Assembly (NCBI GenBank): GCA_900617105.1
Contig: UYFQ01000852.1
Coordinates: forward strand, 124,001-188,000
DNA length: 64,000 bases
Direction of reading: 5' to 3'
Source: Hydrurus foetidus
Lineage: Eukaryota
Shown piece by piece: positions 59,440-64,000 of this stretch (position 1 is its first letter; each line of letters starts with the position of its first letter). A model generated the notes under the pieces. The model was given only the letters and a program-made list of their open reading frames with translations. It was not told the origin of the DNA and ran no database searches. Position numbers and translations under genes: made by a program.

Positions 59440-60316
59440 GGCGCCGCAGACGGATTGAGCGCCGGGACCTGCCGGTGTGCTCTGGCGGTCGCAGGAGCGC
59501 GCTCAAACGCCGAGCGTCGTCCCACGACCGTCACATCGGCACGCCCTGCCCCGCGTCCGCTGCAGGCGTGGTCGACCTGATCGACATCGCCGACCGTGAC
59601 GGCCGTGACGGTCAGAAAGTGGTCCGACGTAAAGCCCAGGCCCGTTGACGAGACCCGACCCCGGCCAGATCGGCGGGCGTCAGATAACCGACGCGGTCGC
59701 GCTGCTGGATCAGGGTGCGTGCAGCCGCGGGATCGCGCAGCACCAGGGCCAGCAGGGATTCGCTGACGGTGTTCAGGTTCAGCTGCGCCGCGGTGGCAGG
59801 ATCGTGATGAAGGCCAGCAGGGCGATCTCGTCCGGCGTGACCCCGCCGCCACCAGCAGGCGGTTGTCCGACAGCGGCCCGGCGATGCGAACCACCGTCGC
59901 AATCCGGATCAGGGTCTCGGGCGCGACGCCGACGGCCTCGCCGATCCGCTGGAAGAGGCCGATGGCCGCCGGATCCGCATTGACCAGACCATTCAGGTTG
60001 AAGCGGGCCTGCTCGTCTTCGATGTCCAGTGCGAAGCGGCCGCCGGGGACCGCGACCGGCGTCTGGCCCAGGGCCGCCCAGGGTTCGGCGAGATTGTCCG
60101 TACCCGCCCGACGATGCCGTCGCGGCGCAGGCTCGTCACGGCCGACAGTTCGCCGGCCCGCGCATAGGCGGCCTGCGCCACGTCGCGCAGCCGGGCGCTG
60201 CGCTGGATTTCGATGTCCTGACCGGCCACCATGATGAGCACCGTGACACTGGCCATGGCGACGACCAGCAGCACGTTCAGCAGGATCATGCCTTCGCGGT
60301 CGGGGCGGCGGGCCAT
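59440..60316 (-). CDS. gspK: Type II secretion minor pseudopilin GspK
   Basis: REG/MILLNVLLVVAM prepilin site, YARAGE, DNLAEPWA, IEDEQARFNLN, LNLNT; 3' end approximate. Confidence 0.85.
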
Positions 60317-60420
60317 CGGGACTATCTCCTGATCTGGCCGACTAGACCCGTCACCTTCCGGCGGCAAGCCGTCTTTGGCCTTGAGCGCCTGCCGCAATCC
60401 GCTAGGTTGCGCGGGCTTCC

Positions 60421-60492
60421 GCGGGCGTGATGTAGTGGTAGCCTGAAAGCTTCCCAAGCTTTTCGTGCGGGTTCGATTCCGCCGCCCGCTCA
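60421..60492 (+). tRNA. tRNA-Gly(CCC)
   Basis: GCGGGCG acceptor, AAAGC-TTCCCAA-GCTTT anticodon arm, GGTTCGATTCC T arm, CGCCCGC-T-CA end. Confidence 0.93.
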
Positions 60493-60589
60493 AAAACAAT
60501 GACTTAGAAGCCAGCTTGATCCGGATGCGGATCATATTTTGCTTTTGCTTTCGTTTTGCAAAATGACGGAGGAGCAGGCGTGCTGGCGG

Positions 60590-60633
60590 ATGTCCGCTTC
60601 TGGCTCATAGCGGCGTTTCGCAATGTCCGCTTG
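60590..60633 (+). repeat. 28-bp 11-6-11 junction motif plus an extra left arm
   Basis: ATGTCCGCTTC-TGGCTC-ATAGCGGCGTT (60590-60617), then ATGTCCGCTTG at 60623. Confidence 0.65.
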
Positions 60634-60725
60634 TCGGCCCGCGCCCTCGCTAGGATTGTGGAGGGCGCGACGGCTTGGGGACGGGCGCTCTCCCAAGATG
60701 TGAATTCCTCAGAGCATCGGCGGCG

Positions 60726-61321
60726 TCAGGGCGTTGCGGGCAGCCAGCCCTCCGTGACGGCACCACGATAGTCGGTGACCTCGACTCGAACCCACACTCC
60801 CTTGGCGTCGAGCACCCGGACCATCATCTGGGAAGAGGATGCGGATCTCCGGAGCCTCTGCATCGGCGGCGAGGCGCAGCCGGGTTCGGCGGCGCAGGCC
60901 GCGAATGTTACGGTCTTGGCGGGCCTGTTCCAGGGTCTGTTGCTGGAGGACGGCGATCCTCTCGAGGAAGCCTTCTGAGCCTCGCCAAGGGCTTCGATCT
61001 TTCGTTCGTGGCCGTCGCCGAGATTGTCGATCACGGTGTATGCGATACCGCCGACACCAATGATCAAGCTGAGCAGAGCGATACCGCCATGGCGCCTAGG
61101 ATATCCAACCTGTCAGAGACTCGAAGTCCTGCGGGGAGGTCCTCGCGCAAACGGGCCTCCATCGCTGTCGCCCCGTCGCGATCAAGGGTATGAAGGTCCG
61201 TCAGGACGCTTTCGATCGGCGTCTCGTCGCCCCCACCTCGTCGTATTCGATGAGAACGCGCGCGCAGGACCGGCGGCGGCCTCGCCGACGAGGACGGCGT
61301 CCACCGTGCAAGGACTGACAT
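60726..61321 (-). CDS. Hypothetical protein with C-terminal SH3b-like domain
   Basis: TM segment, then RLRRSASSSQ...VRVLDAKGVWVRVEV...VTEGWL. Confidence 0.55.
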
Positions 61322-61456
61322 GAATAGCCGCCCGCGTTAGCGATCATCATCTAGCCAGTAAGTCGCCTGAGCGACATTTCATGAGCCGGGCCGGCAGTTC
61401 GACATCAGGCCAAGACCAGTCGAGCCACTCGAAGTCGGTTGGTCTTCGGTGAGTGC

Positions 61457-62001
61457 AGCTATCGTTGTTTCGTCTCCATCAGCAGTCGTTCAAGTCTGGC
61501 AATGTTCGGCACGCCAGCGACGGCGAAGGACTCCGTCCTAACATCTCCATCGTTGTCAGATTCAACATGCGCCTCGATGATGAGACCCCCAACCGTCACG
61601 TCCCTCTCGGCCTCATAGGGCCAAGACGCGCAAGCGGGATCGACCGCACAGACGTTTTGGTCCCGTCACGAGCAATATCAGTCGCCGATCGGTCAAGGCA
61701 TAATTGATCGCCTGGCCCTCATGAGGACCAGCACAGGTTTCGCCAGCATCCATAGGCCGATGGCGACAAACGGTAGACCAAAGAGCGCGAAAACAGCCGG
61801 ACGCCGCCGGGCATCGAGGACCCGAGGTCTCCGCCCTTCACGGCGATAAAGCCAGCAGCAGCCGTCCAGAGAATGGAAACATCGTCCAGGGCACCGCAAA
61901 CACGTAGGACACAAACACTCCCAGCTGGCGCGATGCGACCGGCTGGGCGGACCAGACTATGGTTTCCCCACTGCCATCTCCGACCTCAGAATGTCCTGCA
62001 T
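61457..62001 (-). CDS. Hypothetical membrane protein (two TM plus PH-like tail)
   Basis: GETIVWSAQP...FALFGLPFVAIGLWML.KP...YALTDRRLI. Confidence 0.55.
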
Positions 62002-62009
62002 GGACTCAT

Positions 62010-63418
62010 CTGGCGGGTGCGGGGCGCTGATCTGTTGCGACGGATGGATTCGCGTCAGGCCCGCCGAGGGACTTCAAAGCGAAAGGGACGAAGCGAGTTT
62101 GGCTTCGCGGACGATCAGTTCCGACTCAGCGCTTGCCAAAGCCAGGCGCTCGGCGTCGAGGACGCGCGACAGGCTCTCCAGGCCAGCGATGTACCGCGCA
62201 CGAAGCAACTGCTCGGCCGTCCGGTTCCGGGACGCTTCGGCTTCCACGAAGAGCAGCCGCATTTCCAGTTCATTCACGGCGGCAGAGTCACGCTCGATCT
62301 CGCGGATCGCGGTCAAGACCGTCGTCTGCAGGATCGCTGCACGCTCGTCGGCAACGGCACGGGCCTGGTCCGCAGCAGCCTGGCGACGACCAAAGTCGAG
62401 GACCGGGCCCGCCACCGCGCCTGCCACGGAAGATGCTGGATTCTGGCGTGAACAGCGAACCGGTCGTCAATGCGCTGCTTCCAGCGGCGGCGGTCAGTGT
62501 AAAGCGCGGCAGGCGGTCGCGAACACGCGCCGCCGTGCGGGCATCCGCGGCGGTCAGCAGGGCGATCTCGCGCCCGATGTCATATCGCCGTGACAGAAGA
62601 TCGGCGGGCTTCCAAGCAGGGGCGAGGCCACGTCTGGCAAGGTTGCCGGTGCCTCGACGACCGCGCTGACTTCAACCGCAGTCCGACCGACGACCAGGGC
62701 GAGGGCGGCGATGTTGTCGGCGAGTTGGGCCCGTAGATCAGACGCCCTGGCCTGGGACGATGCAGCGAGCGCTTCGGCCTGTATCGCGTCGATCTCCGGG
62801 ACAAGTCCTGCGGCCACTCTGGACCGCACCAGCGTTGCAAGTTCAACCTGGGCCACCGCGGACTGACTGACGACCTCGATCCGAAGCTGCAGCGAGCGAA
62901 CCGCGAAGTAGAGTCGGCCCGTCTCCGCCATGACACTGATCCGGATGGCCTCGGCGTCGAGGGCCGCTGCCTCGGCATCGAATGCGCCGGCGCGAGCCTC
63001 CTGGTCCAGACGACCAAACAGATCGACCTCCCACCGGGCATCGAACGTGGTGTCAAACAAGGACGTCTCGCGGGGACCGGTGCCCGTCCCGACGTTGCGG
63101 TGGTCCGACGACGTTGGGCCTGTGCCGACCGTCCGATTTCGGGCAGGGTGGCAGCTCGCGAACCGGCCAGGACCGCGCGGGCCTGGCCTAGCCGGGCCGA
63201 CGCCGACCGGATGTCACCGTTGGCAGCCTCTGCCTCGACCAGAAGGTCGGCCAGCACAGGGTCCGAGAACTGGGCCCAGAACGGGCTGGCGCTCGCCGCC
63301 GCCTCAGGTTTGGCAAGATAGACGTCCGGATAGAGCGAAGCGTCCGGGATGGGATGGGGCGTCACCGCGCACCCGCCAACGGCATGACAGCCGCAAGGAC
63401 GATGAGCACCCGGTTCAT
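62010..63418 (-). CDS. NodT/TolC-family efflux outer membrane lipoprotein
   Basis: Lipobox, FWAQFSDPVL..L...NGDIRSA.ARL, FDARWEVDLFGR, PVLDFGR, RYIAGL...VLDAER; 3' end approximate. Confidence 0.85.
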
Positions 63419-64000
63419 TCCCTGACCTGCGCGGTACGTGCCTGGACCTGCCGGGCCGGCAGGAAAACATCGACCTGTTGGCCGGCATAGGCCGGAATAC
63501 CGGTGGCTTCGAAGGCATAGAGCACTTGCAGGACACGCGTATCGACGCGTTCTCGACCATTGCCCGACAGATTGGTTTTTCCGACCACCAGCGGTTCGGC
63601 CTGACAAAACGCGCCGTCCATCGACGCTGTCCGTCGCCTCGCAACGAGAAATAAGCGGGGCGCTCAAACAACAATCGCGGAACGTCCGCCTCGTCCACGT
63701 CGACGCGCAGGTTCAGGGTTGTGGTTCGCCCCATCACGACCAGCGCGCTCTGGCTTTCGCCCGCCACTGCGAACTGGCCCGGTCGGACATTGGCCTGAAG
63801 GACGGTGCCCGCCGACGGCGCACGCACGGTTGCCATCTCCAGACCCGTCCGGGCCTCAGCCAACAAGGCCTGCGCCTGCTCCACCGCGGCCCTCGCCCTT
63901 CGCGCTTCGGCCGTCGCCCGTGCGAGCTGAGCATCGGCGGCGTCGGCCGCAAAGCGCCGCTGGGAGATCTCCTCGGCCGAGATCGCGCGAGGGTCGGCAA
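63415..64000 (-). CDS. HlyD/RND-type membrane fusion protein, 3' part
   Basis: TVRAPSAGTVLQANVRPGQF...LRVDVDEADVP...ERVDTRVLQVLY. Confidence 0.85.

Overview
GC-rich alphaproteobacterial chromosome segment, most likely Caulobacteraceae (Brevundimonas-like), judged from the rpmH-rnpA-yidC-engB-cobT block, hppD, and a Pho-box-preceded lipoprotein/TonB-receptor pair. Almost every gene, including essential ones, is broken by 1-bp indels, which is the signature of uncorrected long-read sequence. CDS calls are therefore stitched across frames and their ends are approximate. There are three zones. (1) About 1-25.1 kb is an accessory mosaic of redox and detox modules: cNMP-TrxB-like, GNAT/AzoR/DODA/LysR, ferritin-like + cytochrome c, peroxiredoxin-like + flavin disulfide reductase, bdcR/bdcA, a LysR-centred SorAB/TDT/DsbA/MDH/OsmC and DUF305/YVTN/MBL block, AKR, class II UvrA, TMEM175 and ABM. 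(2) About 25.1-60.4 kb is core-like genome with tRNA-Arg(ACG), tRNA-Leu(CAA) and tRNA-Gly(CCC). (3) A second accessory zone starts at the tRNA-Gly 3' end. Two non-coding signals stand out. The first is a family of co-oriented 28-bp 11-6-11 imperfect palindromes (ATGTCCGCTNN-TGGCGC-NTNNCNGACNT) at module junctions in the accessory zones, resembling tyrosine-recombinase core sites, with no recombinase in the window. The second is a shared TCR-N7-CGA-N22/23-TTGGA promoter motif that links three operons to one LysR. No transposase, integrase, phage gene or CRISPR array was found.
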